Source: a bacterium
Lineage (GTDB): Bacteria > Hinthialibacterota > Hinthialibacteria > Hinthialibacterales > Hinthialibacteraceae
DNA: 64,000 nucleotides
Assembly (NCBI GenBank): GCA_963663405.2
Contig: CAXXSM010000022.1
Span: 1 to 64,000 of the forward strand
Direction: 5' to 3'
This document shows, one piece after another, positions 11,661 through 22,109 of the stretch (positions are counted from its first letter, which is position 1; each line of letters opens with the position of its first letter). The position numbers and the translations under genes are program-made. Under the pieces are notes generated by a model. That model made no database searches. It was not told the origin of the DNA and worked only from the letters and a program-made list of their open reading frames with translations.

Positions 11661-12269
11661 ATGAACATCGATGTTAATACGAAAGAATCTCAATACACCA
11701 TCGCCGGCGCCCTATTCACGTTCATAACAAATCCCATCAATGGGCTGCCAACAATCTATAGGCGATTGAATTCGATCCAGGTGATTCTCACGGGAATTCT
11801 TTTTTTCATGATTTACGAGATTTTCTGTTTCACCGGCGCCTGGATAGGAAAATCTCAAATCGATCCATCAGGGCAAGCAATCCCAAACGAATACGTTTTA
11901 TTTTTCACGTTGGGACTTGCGATTCCAGTGATCCTTCTTATGGCGTTGATCGCAATCGTCCGTCTCGTCACTGCAAGCCGGGAATCCTTCGGCGCAGATT
12001 TGTTAATCGCCACGGCGGCGGCGTTACCTATGAGCCTATGGGGAATCGCGGTTTCGATCGTCGGACTTCGCGGATGGACGGTGGATCTCTCTATAATTAT
12101 CGTCCCTCTTTGCCTGTTTCTGATCATTCTCTATTCCGGCATGGCGGGAATCCACCGTATCGCCCGGCCCCTGGCGATCATCATCGTCCCGGTTGTGACA
12201 ATCTTCCTCGGTTGGATACTCCAAACCGCGATTGTCACGATTATTAAAAAAGTCATTGCGGAAGGATAA
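11661..12269 (+). CDS. Hypothetical integral membrane protein (Yip1-like, about 5 TM)
   Basis: Several hydrophobic helices; the upstream ATG at 11616 lies in the REP-like element, so the start was moved to MNIDV. Confidence 0.6.
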   Translation: MNIDVNTKESQYTIAGALFTFITNPINGLPTIYRRLNSIQVILTGILFFMIYEIFCFTGAWIGKSQIDPSGQAIPNEYVLFFTLGLAIPVILLMALIAIVRLVTASRESFGADLLIATAAALPMSLWGIAVSIVGLRGWTVDLSIIIVPLCLFLIILYSGMAGIHRIARPLAIIIVPVVTIFLGWILQTAIVTIIKKVIAEG

Positions 12270-12483
12270 ATGAAACAGTCTTCCATCAATACAAGCGAAA
12301 CCGCATAGTAAGTCTTTTTGTATCATTTCCGGCGCATTCAATTCATCACAATCTATAATAAAGTCGTATCATTCGATAAGAATGGTTGGTCAATTCAAAC
12401 AGTGGGCGCTATGATTTAGGATGAATGCCAATTCAATTGCGCCGTACCGATCGATTACATACCAAATCAAAAAGGAATCAGGA

Positions 12484-13707
12484 ATGAAACTGCATTGTAT
12501 TCTCGTAACAATGATCCTTTCGTCAGCTGGATTCACCTTCTCCCAGAATATCAACACAACAGACAATTTTCCCGATGAGAACATGCGGGCCTATGTGGAA
12601 GAATATATGAAAGTAGAATCCGGCGGAGCGTTCACGGCGGAGGAGGTGGCGGAGGTTACCAAAACGTTCTACTGCATCCGCCGTGGGATCACCGATTTCA
12701 CTGGAATTGAATATTTTACCGGCGTCACAGAAATCATCTGCTCGCAAAATGTACTCACAACATTAGACCTTTCCAATAATCACGCTTTAACGAGCCTTGA
12801 TTGTCAGAGCAATCGAATAGAAAGTTTGGATTTCTCCCAAAACGCCGCGTTAACCTCTCTCTCCTGCCAGAACAACCGGTTAACAAGCGTCAATCTATCC
12901 AACAATATCTTTCTAGAGTTCTTCGAATGCGATAACAATGATTTAACGAGTCTCGATCTTTCCAACAATCGCGAACTCACTTTTATCGACTGCAACAGCA
13001 ACCAACTGGAGAATCTGCAAGTTCCCCACGGGGATGTTCTCGAACAGATCTATTGTTTCAGCAACCAATTAACCAGCCTTGATGTTTCTGACAACACAGT
13101 TTTGTCAATTCTTAATTGTTCGGGGAATCATCTGACACAACTTGATATTTCGAACAATGGTGAACTCACTGATTTAGATTGCCAGAACAATCTATTAACG
13201 GCGTTGGATATCACGACTAACACAGCCCTTTATTTCATGAATTGTTCAAACAATCAATTATTGAATCTGGACATATCTAACAATACAGCGCTGTTCACAC
13301 TCGAATGCCAGAATAACCAGTTGATTAATTTGGATTTATCATCGAACATCGCGTTAACGGCGTTGCTCTGTCAAAACAACCAACTCAACCAATTATCGGT
13401 TTCCAGCAGTGGCGCAAACAACGCTTTATCCTATTTAAACGCCAGCGGCAATCACTTGACGGAAATCATCGATCTGGTTGGATTGCAGAATTTGGGTCAG
13501 GGCATCGGTGGACGGCTTGATTTGCGATACAACGATCTCGATTGTGTAGACTGGGATGACGTGACCGTCCTTTTGGAACACGTTGGAGCCCCTATTTTTT
13601 CTTTTCGGGATCCATCTTTTCTACAATCCGGCTTCGCCTATTCTCCCCAGAACGGGATCGATCCCTTTGAGTGTGAAACGCCTGTGTCCGGCTGGATTGT
13701 ATATTAA
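12484..13707 (+). CDS. Secreted leucine-rich-repeat protein, paralog of 6214-7359
   Basis: AGGA RBS, signal peptide, NFPD cap, 21-aa LRRs, shared tail GFAYSPQN..DPF.C.T.VS.W..[FY]. Confidence 0.88.
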   Translation: MKLHCILVTMILSSAGFTFSQNINTTDNFPDENMRAYVEEYMKVESGGAFTAEEVAEVTKTFYCIRRGITDFTGIEYFTGVTEIICSQNVLTTLDLSNNHALTSLDCQSNRIESLDFSQNAALTSLSCQNNRLTSVNLSNNIFLEFFECDNNDLTSLDLSNNRELTFIDCNSNQLENLQVPHGDVLEQIYCFSNQLTSLDVSDNTVLSILNCSGNHLTQLDISNNGELTDLDCQNNLLTALDITTNTALYFMNCSNNQLLNLDISNNTALFTLECQNNQLINLDLSSNIALTALLCQNNQLNQLSVSSSGANNALSYLNASGNHLTEIIDLVGLQNLGQGIGGRLDLRYNDLDCVDWDDVTVLLEHVGAPIFSFRDPSFLQSGFAYSPQNGIDPFECETPVSGWIVY

Positions 13708-13750
13708 AAAACAAATCCCTCACTTCTGTTTTTCTCAAATCGCCGGAAAC

Positions 13751-13777
13751 AAAAAAGAGGGGAGCGAATCGCTCCCC
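13751..13777 (-). terminator. Rho-independent terminator
   Basis: GGGGAGCG/CGCTCCCC stem with a T-rich tail on the minus strand. Confidence 0.75.
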
Positions 13778-13810
13778 AAAGTAAGTCGATCGATTTCATC
13801 ACACTCAGTT

Positions 13811-15757
13811 TTACGGTGTTTCTGGATCTTCTAATACGCTCCAATCTAACAAACAATCATAGTAACACGCTGGGACTTCAATGATCGTGACTTGCTGTTC
13901 TGCGCCACACCAGACAATAACAGCGACGACATCCCAGGACGTGAATTCGAATTTATCGATTCCAGCGGCGTCGGCAATGACCAAGTTGCGCAGATCGTTG
14001 TTCCAGGTAATAAATCCGCCACGACCCGAAGAGCCCGATATAATGAGTTTCCCTGGCCCACTGCCGCTTTGCCCGACAGATAATAGTTCCCAAATCGCCG
14101 CTTGGATTTCCGTCCAGGTCACGCCAGCGTCATAGTAATACCCCCGGCGAAACTGATTTAGAATATAGTTGACTTTAGCCAGGTTTTCAGAAGTGCCAAT
14201 CAGATTCGACTTTAAGTTTACATCCATATTGGAGGATCCATCCGTGTTGAGCGTACGGTAAAGTTCGACTTCGCCAGCGCCGCCAAACAGAGTCCTGACA
14301 TCCATCATCGTAAAAAGGTCGACACACCAGCCAGGATATTCCGTGGGCGCAAACGTGCTGGGATCCTGGAACCATAAAAACGACCGGAAATAACTTGACG
14401 CTTTGTACGGTGGAAACAGATCATTCAAACCGGGAAAACTGACACTGAACCACGTTCCATATCGAACAAAATCTTCACACGGAAGGCATTCACAACAGAG
14501 ATCGATCAAAATTCCTGTATCTTTAGGAACAATGGCGGATGTTTGAGACTCCCCGTCACTAAAGACCTGGGTGTGTACTAATATCGTATGCAAACCTGGA
14601 GCAACCGTCCCACACGCTTCCCAGCCAATGACTTGTCCACTGGTGTTGTATACCCATTCAAAAGGAGGCAATCCATCATCCGGATTCTTTCCTTCAACTA
14701 TTTTATATGATCCAGTTTTTCCATCGATATAGACAACATGTTGATTAGGTGTATTTAAATTGGTTATTGTAACTCCATCCACACAGAGCACGAGAACGTA
14801 CAGTGTTTCGGTTAGGCAATCGTACTTAATATATAGATTCGATTCGATTGGCTTAGTTGTAGTCTGTCCAGATCGGTGCATAGCGGTGTAAAAATCTTCA
14901 TCCAGATCCCATTCATCGCCTACAATCCCATCGACTCGAACAAAACCATGGTAATCTGGACAAGGTTCGCACCGTTTTTCACAACAGAGATTGATAAGCG
15001 CCCAATATGAATGACACATGAGACTCAGCGAGGGAGGCAGGTCATCGGTGAAATGAGACGGGGTATTCCCTCCTCCACCACTTGCAACCGACATTAAAGC
15101 GTTACTACGCCCACTTGAAGAAGATCCAGTTTCTTCTCCATATCGCGAACCGGGTAAATCATCACGAACAATGATCGACTGGAGATTGTTGTCACTCGTA
15201 TAGGTATGTACCCGAATCGATCGAAGGCCTTCCGGAACAGAGGCCGAGGCTTCCCAGCCTATAGTATTTCCACTGATATCAGTGACCCATTTGAAATCAG
15301 GCGGCGTTCCATCCGGTGGCGTTCCATCCGTTGGCAGCCCATTATCCAAATGGTTCACGACAACATTCAATTTATCGCCTTCATCATCACCGACTTCGAT
15401 ACTATGATCGGCGCTGCCCGTTTTGTCTGTCTTCAATGTATTGTCACCGACACAAAGAACGAGCGCAAATAAGGTCTGTGTTCCACAATCGTAGCGAAGA
15501 TACAGTTCAGCCTTTTTCTCATTCCCTGGTTCACCCCATTGGCTCATATCGGCGTACCAATCATTCGAAAGATCCCACTCGTTTGGATCTCCATCGACTG
15601 TCGCCGATCCCCGTGAGGGAGGCTCAGGTAGTGGTGTGGGAGTAGGAGTAGGCGGTTTTGGTTTTGCAATCGCAGGATTCCCCACATTAAAGCAGGCGAT
15701 GACCAGAATCCCAGCCATCAGGAAAAACGGTATTCGTGAGCGTGTGTGTTTCATCAT
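13811..15757 (-). CDS. Secreted protein with PT linker, two VDG..EWDL domains and a C-terminal thioester (TED/TQXA)-like domain
   Basis: Signal peptide; repeated VDG…WDL…LY.[KR]YDC.T.TL; YPGWCVD…IQAAIW…QQVTIIE. Confidence 0.7.
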   Translation of the reverse strand: MMKHTRSRIPFFLMAGILVIACFNVGNPAIAKPKPPTPTPTPLPEPPSRGSATVDGDPNEWDLSNDWYADMSQWGEPGNEKKAELYLRYDCGTQTLFALVLCVGDNTLKTDKTGSADHSIEVGDDEGDKLNVVVNHLDNGLPTDGTPPDGTPPDFKWVTDISGNTIGWEASASVPEGLRSIRVHTYTSDNNLQSIIVRDDLPGSRYGEETGSSSSGRSNALMSVASGGGGNTPSHFTDDLPPSLSLMCHSYWALINLCCEKRCEPCPDYHGFVRVDGIVGDEWDLDEDFYTAMHRSGQTTTKPIESNLYIKYDCLTETLYVLVLCVDGVTITNLNTPNQHVVYIDGKTGSYKIVEGKNPDDGLPPFEWVYNTSGQVIGWEACGTVAPGLHTILVHTQVFSDGESQTSAIVPKDTGILIDLCCECLPCEDFVRYGTWFSVSFPGLNDLFPPYKASSYFRSFLWFQDPSTFAPTEYPGWCVDLFTMMDVRTLFGGAGEVELYRTLNTDGSSNMDVNLKSNLIGTSENLAKVNYILNQFRRGYYYDAGVTWTEIQAAIWELLSVGQSGSGPGKLIISGSSGRGGFITWNNDLRNLVIADAAGIDKFEFTSWDVVAVIVWCGAEQQVTIIEVPACYYDCLLDWSVLEDPETP

Positions 15758-15782
15758 TTCACCTCGAAAAATGTTTTTTTTT

Positions 15783-15865
15783 CATGGCCGGTTTCACGAC
15801 TCGCTCCCCTTTGCTTCATTCGTGACCAGTTAAAAAACAAAGGATCGACACGTCCACGTTCACTC
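15783..15865 (-). promoter_or_regulatory. Conserved structured 5' leader, copy 1
   Basis: 83-nt segment closely matching 17694-17776, about 25-30 nt upstream of both paralog starts. Confidence 0.55.
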
Positions 15866-16305
15866 ATATGGAAGAAAGGACTAACTTTTTACCCCAACTA
15901 TTGAAGTTACGCCATAATACTATTCAAAGATGTAAAACCAACTCAAAGAAGGAGTTACTTACAGTTTTATTTCTTGAGAAATACACCGATCAGCCTGTAA
16001 TGAATGCAATAAAACATTGCACTGAATAAGAGAAACAGTGAATCTCTCAATTAATTTACTCTAATCTTCGACAATAACCTCCATTTCTAAATAAAAGTAA
16101 TTTTACAATTTTTCAAAAACTCTTAATGTATTTATATATTTAATCGGATTTTCTAGTTTTGTCAACCTATTTTTGTATAATAAATTATCAATAAATAGTA
16201 TTACGTTACATTACACTGCAAAATAATGATTAATTCAATGAAATTTATATTGATTTATGATTTTATATAAAAGTAGGATATATTGATATTTTTGGAAAGA
16301 TAAAG

Positions 16306-16329
16306 AAAGGGGGAGCGCCTCGCTCCCCC
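16306..16329 (-). terminator. Rho-independent terminator
   Basis: GGGGGAGCG/CGCTCCCCC stem, T-rich tail on minus; same stem as 13751-13777. Confidence 0.7.
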
Positions 16330-16363
16330 AAGATAAATCGCTCGTATTCTTCTTTATATTAAC

Positions 16364-17662
16364 TTATAGCGTTGTTCCCTCTTTGATCACTCCCCATTGG
16401 AGTAAACATTCATAATAACAAGCGGGAATTTCGATAATCGTAACTTGTTGTTCAACACCGCACCAAACAATGACGGCGACCACGTCCCAGGGTGTAAAAT
16501 TGAATGTAGTTATAGAAGCGGCGTCGGCGAGAATAGCATCACGTAGATTATTATCCCACGTAATAAATCCTCCACGGCCTATACCACCCGATATGATGAG
16601 GCGGCCTTGTCCTGAGGAGGCCTGTCCGACGGATAAAAGATGCCAGATGGCCGCTTGAATCTCCTTCCAGGTAACGCCCCAAGGATAGTAATATCCACGG
16701 CGGAACTGATTTAAAATATAATTGACTTTCGCCAGGTTTTCCGGAGTCCCAATCAGATTCGCCTTTAAGTTTACGTTTAGATTGGAGGATCCATCAGCAT
16801 TTAGTGTGCGATAGAGTTCGACAATATCGTTTATTCCTCCGTTGAAGTCACCAAACAAATCCTTGACATCCATCATCGTGAAGAGATCGACACACCAACC
16901 AGGATACTGCATGGGATCAACGTTGTTTGGATCTTGCAACCATAAAAACGACTGGAAGTAACTCGACGCGAGGAACGGTGGCGTTAAATCGTTCAATCCT
17001 GGGAAAAGAACTGAGTACCACGTTCCATCTTGAATCAAATCCTCACAATCAGGGCATTCATCGCAACAGATATTAACAGGAAATCCAAATTTCGGCGCGA
17101 CACGGGATGTTCGGTCAGTTTTTACCTGCGCATGAAAATCTATATTCGCATGATAGCCACTAGGGAGTATGCAAGACGCTTCCCAGCCAATAACATCATC
17201 CTCATCATTAACAATTGGCGCAAAATCAGGCGGAATTCCATCATTCCCAGATTTATTTGACACAAGAACAGTTGTCTTTTCGAGTTTGATCCAATTGTTT
17301 TGATCGTCATTGGGATCTGTGTCTTCTAATTCAAAGTCATCTGCACAAAGCACAAGAGCATACAGGGTATTCGTTAGGCAATCGTACTTGAGGTACAAAT
17401 AAGATAAAATATCGTGATCTGTTTTACCCGCCTCATACATATTGGCGTAAAAATCTTCATCTAAATCCCAGTCATCCGCATAATATCCATCGACAAAAGC
17501 GAAGCCTTTTGAGATATCCGAACAGAGAACAACCGTTTGCAAGGAGAAGTCTTTGGTAACACTTGGCGGCGCCGCAAATGTGTTATTGTGCGCTCCAAGG
17601 CTGAGGACGACCAAAACTGCGGCCATAAATACTAATGTAGTACGTGAGCGTACGTGTTTCAT
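16364..17662 (-). CDS. Secreted thioester-domain-like protein, shorter paralog of 13811-15757
   Basis: Signal peptide; one VDG..DWDL domain; YPGWCVD…IQAAIW…QQVTIIE. Confidence 0.7.
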   Translation of the reverse strand: MKHVRSRTTLVFMAAVLVVLSLGAHNNTFAAPPSVTKDFSLQTVVLCSDISKGFAFVDGYYADDWDLDEDFYANMYEAGKTDHDILSYLYLKYDCLTNTLYALVLCADDFELEDTDPNDDQNNWIKLEKTTVLVSNKSGNDGIPPDFAPIVNDEDDVIGWEASCILPSGYHANIDFHAQVKTDRTSRVAPKFGFPVNICCDECPDCEDLIQDGTWYSVLFPGLNDLTPPFLASSYFQSFLWLQDPNNVDPMQYPGWCVDLFTMMDVKDLFGDFNGGINDIVELYRTLNADGSSNLNVNLKANLIGTPENLAKVNYILNQFRRGYYYPWGVTWKEIQAAIWHLLSVGQASSGQGRLIISGGIGRGGFITWDNNLRDAILADAASITTFNFTPWDVVAVIVWCGVEQQVTIIEIPACYYECLLQWGVIKEGTTL

Positions 17663-17693
17663 GATTTTACCTCATTATAAATATTGAATTTTC

Positions 17694-17776
17694 CATGGCC
17701 GGTTTCACGATTCACTCCCCTTTGTCTCATTCGTGACCAATTAGAAAACAAAGGATCGACGCGTCCACTTGCACTC
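17694..17776 (-). promoter_or_regulatory. Conserved structured 5' leader, copy 2
   Basis: Matches 15783-15865. Confidence 0.55.
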
Positions 17777-18047
17777 TTTGTATTTCGAATTCGATTCTCA
17801 CCTCCCATTAACAAAGGTTACACCACAATAACTATAAGCATTGTAAATTCAATTATACAAAAGATTTAATTGTAAAAATTCTTCTGATATCCATCCTGAT
17901 AATCCATCAATGAATGCAACATATCATTACACGAAAATTGGGGAAAATGGGTATTTACCTTTTTTATCCTCTTTCTCTTAACTTTTTCTCCTTCAAATAA
18001 TGTAATATAATCATTGTTTTATTGGAAAATCTGAATGTTTTTTTAAT

Positions 18048-18075
18048 ATAATATCTGAATTCTATCGTTTGTCAA
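18048..18075 (-). promoter_or_regulatory. Putative sigma70 promoter TTGACA-N16-TATTAT
   Basis: About 390 nt upstream of 17662; an equivalent TTGACA-N16-TTAAAT lies at 16138-16165 upstream of the paralog. Confidence 0.45.
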
Positions 18076-18256
18076 GATAAATTGTAATATTAAATTGCTT
18101 CTCATTTTGATATTTTACAACTTCGGTGCATCAATTTGTTAAAAAAAGATTAATTCAACTTGTTTTATATTAATATATAAATATAAAACAAGTTGTTGAT
18201 TTAACATGATTTTAATAAAGAAAGATCATGTTAATCAATCGTGAATGGATTGAATT

Positions 18257-20755
18257 TTAATTATGAATATAAAGATGATTGGAGCGAGTTGTATGAATAC
18301 GGAAGCCTGTTCCGAAGGTCCTTAACTGTACCGTTCCATCACGATCCGTTCGGAGAATATGCGCATAGATAGAGTGGAGGCGTTTCTGCGTTTCTTCGTG
18401 TGGGTGACCATACGAATTGCGGCCAGTCTCGATGATGGCGAATTGGGGATGGATTTCCCGTAGAAATTCGATAGAAGATGAGTATCGGCTTCCATGATGG
18501 GGAACCTTGAGGAGATCAACCGCCCAATTCTCGTACCGATCGCATAATTCCTTCTCCACGGATTTTCCTATATCTCCCGTCAGCAGGAGATCAAAATCGT
18601 GGTATTGAAGCCTTAACACAACCGAATTCTCATTTAGATCCTTTGTGGCAAGCGATTCAGGCGTTGGATGCAGCGTCCAAATCTCCACAGCTGGATCGAT
18701 CTGAATCCGGTCTCCCGCCAAGACGGTTTTCCTTGGTATCCGGCGCTGACGGATTGTTTGAAGAAAAGTTTGATAGACTTGGCTATCACAATCGGTCTTT
18801 CCTTCAATCAACAATCCCACGGGGAAATGGGCCGCCACATCTCCCAGCGCGCCGATATGATCGGATTGAGGATGAGTTAAAACCATGAGATCGATCCGGC
18901 GAATCCCTTGAGCCAATAAAAATTCAGTCAATCTAGAATAACGGCGATTTTCAAGATCATCAGGTTTTGGACCGCCATCCACAAGGATCGTTTTTCCGGA
19001 TGGCGTGCATACGATGTTGCAATCCCCTTGTCCTAAGGAGACACAATCGACTCGCAAAGGCTGGAAAATAGGCGGACAACTATAAATCCAGACCGCCAAG
19101 GCGATCAACGCTAGAGCCGCATGATAATGACGAATCCGATAGGCGCCCCAATGAATGAGAAGACTTTCTTCCCGGCACAACACTAAAAGAATAAGAAATG
19201 GAAATAAAAGCAATGGGAAACCAGGAGAAGCAAGAATCCCCCAAAACATCTCCTTATCTGAAAAAAAGTGAATCAATCCCTGCAGTAATGCCACTAAATA
19301 CGCAACGGCGTATCCAAGAACGTTCGTAAGAGCGGCTAAGGATAGAAAGGAAGAAGCGATCCAGAAGTACGTAAGGGGAAGAAGACATCCAACAATCGGA
19401 ATCGCAAGAAGATTGCCTGGAATCGCGCCCCAACTCCAGATATGAAAATAATGAACGATAAAAGGAAATAAAGCGGCGGTTACAATGAACGAAGCCAATA
19501 GACTACGTGGAATCCAAGCCAGCCAGCGTGGACGAATGCGCTCATCGAGCCATTGACTCATGGGCCGGTGCAGGATCAAGAACAGGACCGCTGTAAAAGA
19601 GAGTTGAAAAGAAGGAAGAAACAATTCTCCTGGACAGATCAATACTAGGACGCAGGCGGCCAGAGCGAGTGAGTTCAGTGGATCGACTTTACGCTGCGCA
19701 AAAAACTGCCCGATAAAAACGAAGGCCATCATGACAGCGCGGAGTGTGGGGATTCTTGCTCCCGTGAAAAGCAAGTAGACAATTCCAAGAAGAATGGTCA
19801 TAGCGCCGGCATGTTTTCTCTTCAGTCCCATCCCTTTAAGCGCATACGCTATAACCAATAAAATCAAACTTACATGAAGACCGCTGATTGATGTTACATG
19901 CGCTAATCCCGACGTGGAAAGCGCAAGTTGCAAATCCACCGGTTCCCCACCCCGAATACCCAAGCATATAGACGAAAGCAAACTCAACCGTTCCTGACGA
20001 TCATGATTCCGGTCGTCCGGCGCACGGAACGAAATTTCAGGTAAGAGATGGTGAATGCGCCGCAATGCGGTGTAAGCGAATCCTCGCAAACGGCCTATCT
20101 GGAAAGAGGACGAAGAGGGAATGGAAACAATGTGTATATCATCATCGATCGAGATTGTTCCATAAATAGAATGGGAAAAACGGTATTCCTGATAATTCAT
20201 CCCCGTAGGAAGGCTGGGCCCTTGTATGGGAACGAGCTGGCCTCGTGTCTGAATTTGATCGCCGGGAAGGAACGAAGCCAATTTCCCAGTGTTTGCGTAC
20301 AGTTCCACTCGGCCGGGAAAAACTTGGTTCCGTTTTCTCTTCTCAAAACGAACATTGGCCAGAACCGCTGACGCTTTCCCACTCCGCAGGATACGGATCT
20401 CTTCAATCGTCCCGGTAAAGAGATGTTCACCGCTATCAGCGATCTCCTTGACAAGTTTGGCGCGCTCGTTCCATTGGCGCAGAAGCGTTTCCATGCGCAA
20501 AGCGCCAATCAGCGCCGTGAGACAGAGAAAAATCCGGAGATGGATCCTCTTATTCTCACCCGGACCGATGTCTCGCGTCAATTTCCACCAAACGGCCAAT
20601 AAAAATAGAAGGCAAACGAACGCGAGAGTGTATTCAAAAGGAAAAAAACGGGCATAGACAATACCACATAAGAAAGAGATACAAATATTGACCATCGGCC
20701 TTGGATAAGGCCGTTTGGAAGGCGTATGCGGATCAACAGACGTTTGCGGGTCCAT
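18257..20755 (-). CDS. comEC: DNA internalization competence protein ComEC/Rec2
   Basis: GLAHVTSISGLHV, PSFQLSF, C-terminal MBL domain (GQGD, THPQSDHIG, KVPHHGS, NSYGHPH). Confidence 0.93.
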   Translation of the reverse strand: MDPQTSVDPHTPSKRPYPRPMVNICISFLCGIVYARFFPFEYTLAFVCLLFLLAVWWKLTRDIGPGENKRIHLRIFLCLTALIGALRMETLLRQWNERAKLVKEIADSGEHLFTGTIEEIRILRSGKASAVLANVRFEKRKRNQVFPGRVELYANTGKLASFLPGDQIQTRGQLVPIQGPSLPTGMNYQEYRFSHSIYGTISIDDDIHIVSIPSSSSFQIGRLRGFAYTALRRIHHLLPEISFRAPDDRNHDRQERLSLLSSICLGIRGGEPVDLQLALSTSGLAHVTSISGLHVSLILLVIAYALKGMGLKRKHAGAMTILLGIVYLLFTGARIPTLRAVMMAFVFIGQFFAQRKVDPLNSLALAACVLVLICPGELFLPSFQLSFTAVLFLILHRPMSQWLDERIRPRWLAWIPRSLLASFIVTAALFPFIVHYFHIWSWGAIPGNLLAIPIVGCLLPLTYFWIASSFLSLAALTNVLGYAVAYLVALLQGLIHFFSDKEMFWGILASPGFPLLLFPFLILLVLCREESLLIHWGAYRIRHYHAALALIALAVWIYSCPPIFQPLRVDCVSLGQGDCNIVCTPSGKTILVDGGPKPDDLENRRYSRLTEFLLAQGIRRIDLMVLTHPQSDHIGALGDVAAHFPVGLLIEGKTDCDSQVYQTFLQTIRQRRIPRKTVLAGDRIQIDPAVEIWTLHPTPESLATKDLNENSVVLRLQYHDFDLLLTGDIGKSVEKELCDRYENWAVDLLKVPHHGSRYSSSIEFLREIHPQFAIIETGRNSYGHPHEETQKRLHSIYAHILRTDRDGTVQLRTFGTGFRIHTTRSNHLYIHN

Positions 20756-21002
20756 AACGCTCTGCTATTATGAATGATTTACAGTTTAGTTTACAAGAAC
20801 GAGACGGTATAAAAGGTCCTGCAAAACCGAACTTAACACTATACTTGAACATATAGGAAATCACGAATTTCATGTAGGGGCGCCGTCCTGATAGTGCTAC
20901 AAAAGAAACTGATACAAGATATGCCCTGTATACAGAATATTATTGAATGATTATCGAAAGGATTGCGTGTCAATCATCATTTCTACCCGTTGGACGGATT
21001 TC

Positions 21003-22109
21003 ATGCGGTTTTCAAAGTGGTTTCACCAATCGAAAGATCAACTATCCGATCCCCGTGGATCGTACCCCGATCCCACGTTGAAGGACCTGATCTTATTTGT
21101 CACCGAACGGTGCAATATGCGCTGCGATCATTGTCTCTTTTGGCGGCGGATCGATCGGCCCGGTCAGGAATTAACCCTCGAACAGCTCCACAGTGTCGCC
21201 GATTCTATTCCACCGTTACGAACTCTCGCCATAACCGGAGGCGAACCGTTTCTCCGCCCCGATTTGCCTGAAATCGTTGAAACATTCTATCAGCGCAATC
21301 ATACCCAGCACATTCAGGTCAACACGAATGGCCTATTGATGGAACGGATGACGGATCTGGTGGAACTGGATCTGGCTTTACGGTTTGAGAAACATCTAAC
21401 CTATCAAGTTAGCGTGGACGGTTTGGAAGATACCCACGACCGGCTTCGCCAGACACCGGGCAGTTTCAAACGGATCATGGAAAACCTGAAACTGTTGGTT
21501 GCATATTCCAAAACACATCCTTTTTTCAGGGTTGTCGTTCTCACCAATGTGAATGGAAGGAATTACGGTGAGATCGATGCGCTAGGGCACTATTTATGGG
21601 AAGAAATCGGTGTTCCACATGTTTACGATCTCGTCCGGGGTGTCAGTTTTTCCTCGTGGGGAATTCCAAAAGAAATCCGGGTGGACGAAGATCCAAGAAA
21701 CTGTGATTTTCCCCCTCTCGATAAATTGGAATCGATTTTAGACATTATTAAAAATATCAACACGCGGGAAGGCGGACAATTTGATCAATGTGTGCGGCAA
21801 TTGGAGATACAGATCGAACAATATTTGGGAAAACCTGCGCCGTTCCGATGCCTGACTGCTGGACGTACGGTTGGAGTTGTCTATAGCGATGGTTCGATCG
21901 CCGCCTGTGAATTCACAACGCCCTTCGCTACACTTTCCGAGTATGATTACGACTTGGGCGTGTTATGGCGATCGCAGGAGGCGGATCAACGGCGTTCACA
22001 AATTACTCGATGCGCCTGTTCACATACATGCTTTGTCTTAACCAGTCTGCAGGAATGGGAAGAACAACGCGAACGCGCCAATATGACGGCGCAAACGGTT
22101 CCAGGATGA
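21003..22109 (+). CDS. Radical SAM protein with C-terminal SPASM/twitch-like Cys region
   Basis: CNMRCDHC, TGGEPFLR, NTNG, SVDG, C.AG…ACE…CACSHTC. Confidence 0.85.
   Translation: MRFSKWFHQSKDQLSDPRGSYPDPTLKDLILFVTERCNMRCDHCLFWRRIDRPGQELTLEQLHSVADSIPPLRTLAITGGEPFLRPDLPEIVETFYQRNHTQHIQVNTNGLLMERMTDLVELDLALRFEKHLTYQVSVDGLEDTHDRLRQTPGSFKRIMENLKLLVAYSKTHPFFRVVVLTNVNGRNYGEIDALGHYLWEEIGVPHVYDLVRGVSFSSWGIPKEIRVDEDPRNCDFPPLDKLESILDIIKNINTREGGQFDQCVRQLEIQIEQYLGKPAPFRCLTAGRTVGVVYSDGSIAACEFTTPFATLSEYDYDLGVLWRSQEADQRRSQITRCACSHTCFVLTSLQEWEEQRERANMTAQTVPG

Noticed and set aside
15870-16300. AT-rich tracts (also 17800-18250) as a replication origin or foreign DNA
   Set aside because: No DnaA-box cluster or iterons seen; they are explained as the duplicated promoter regions of the two paralogs.
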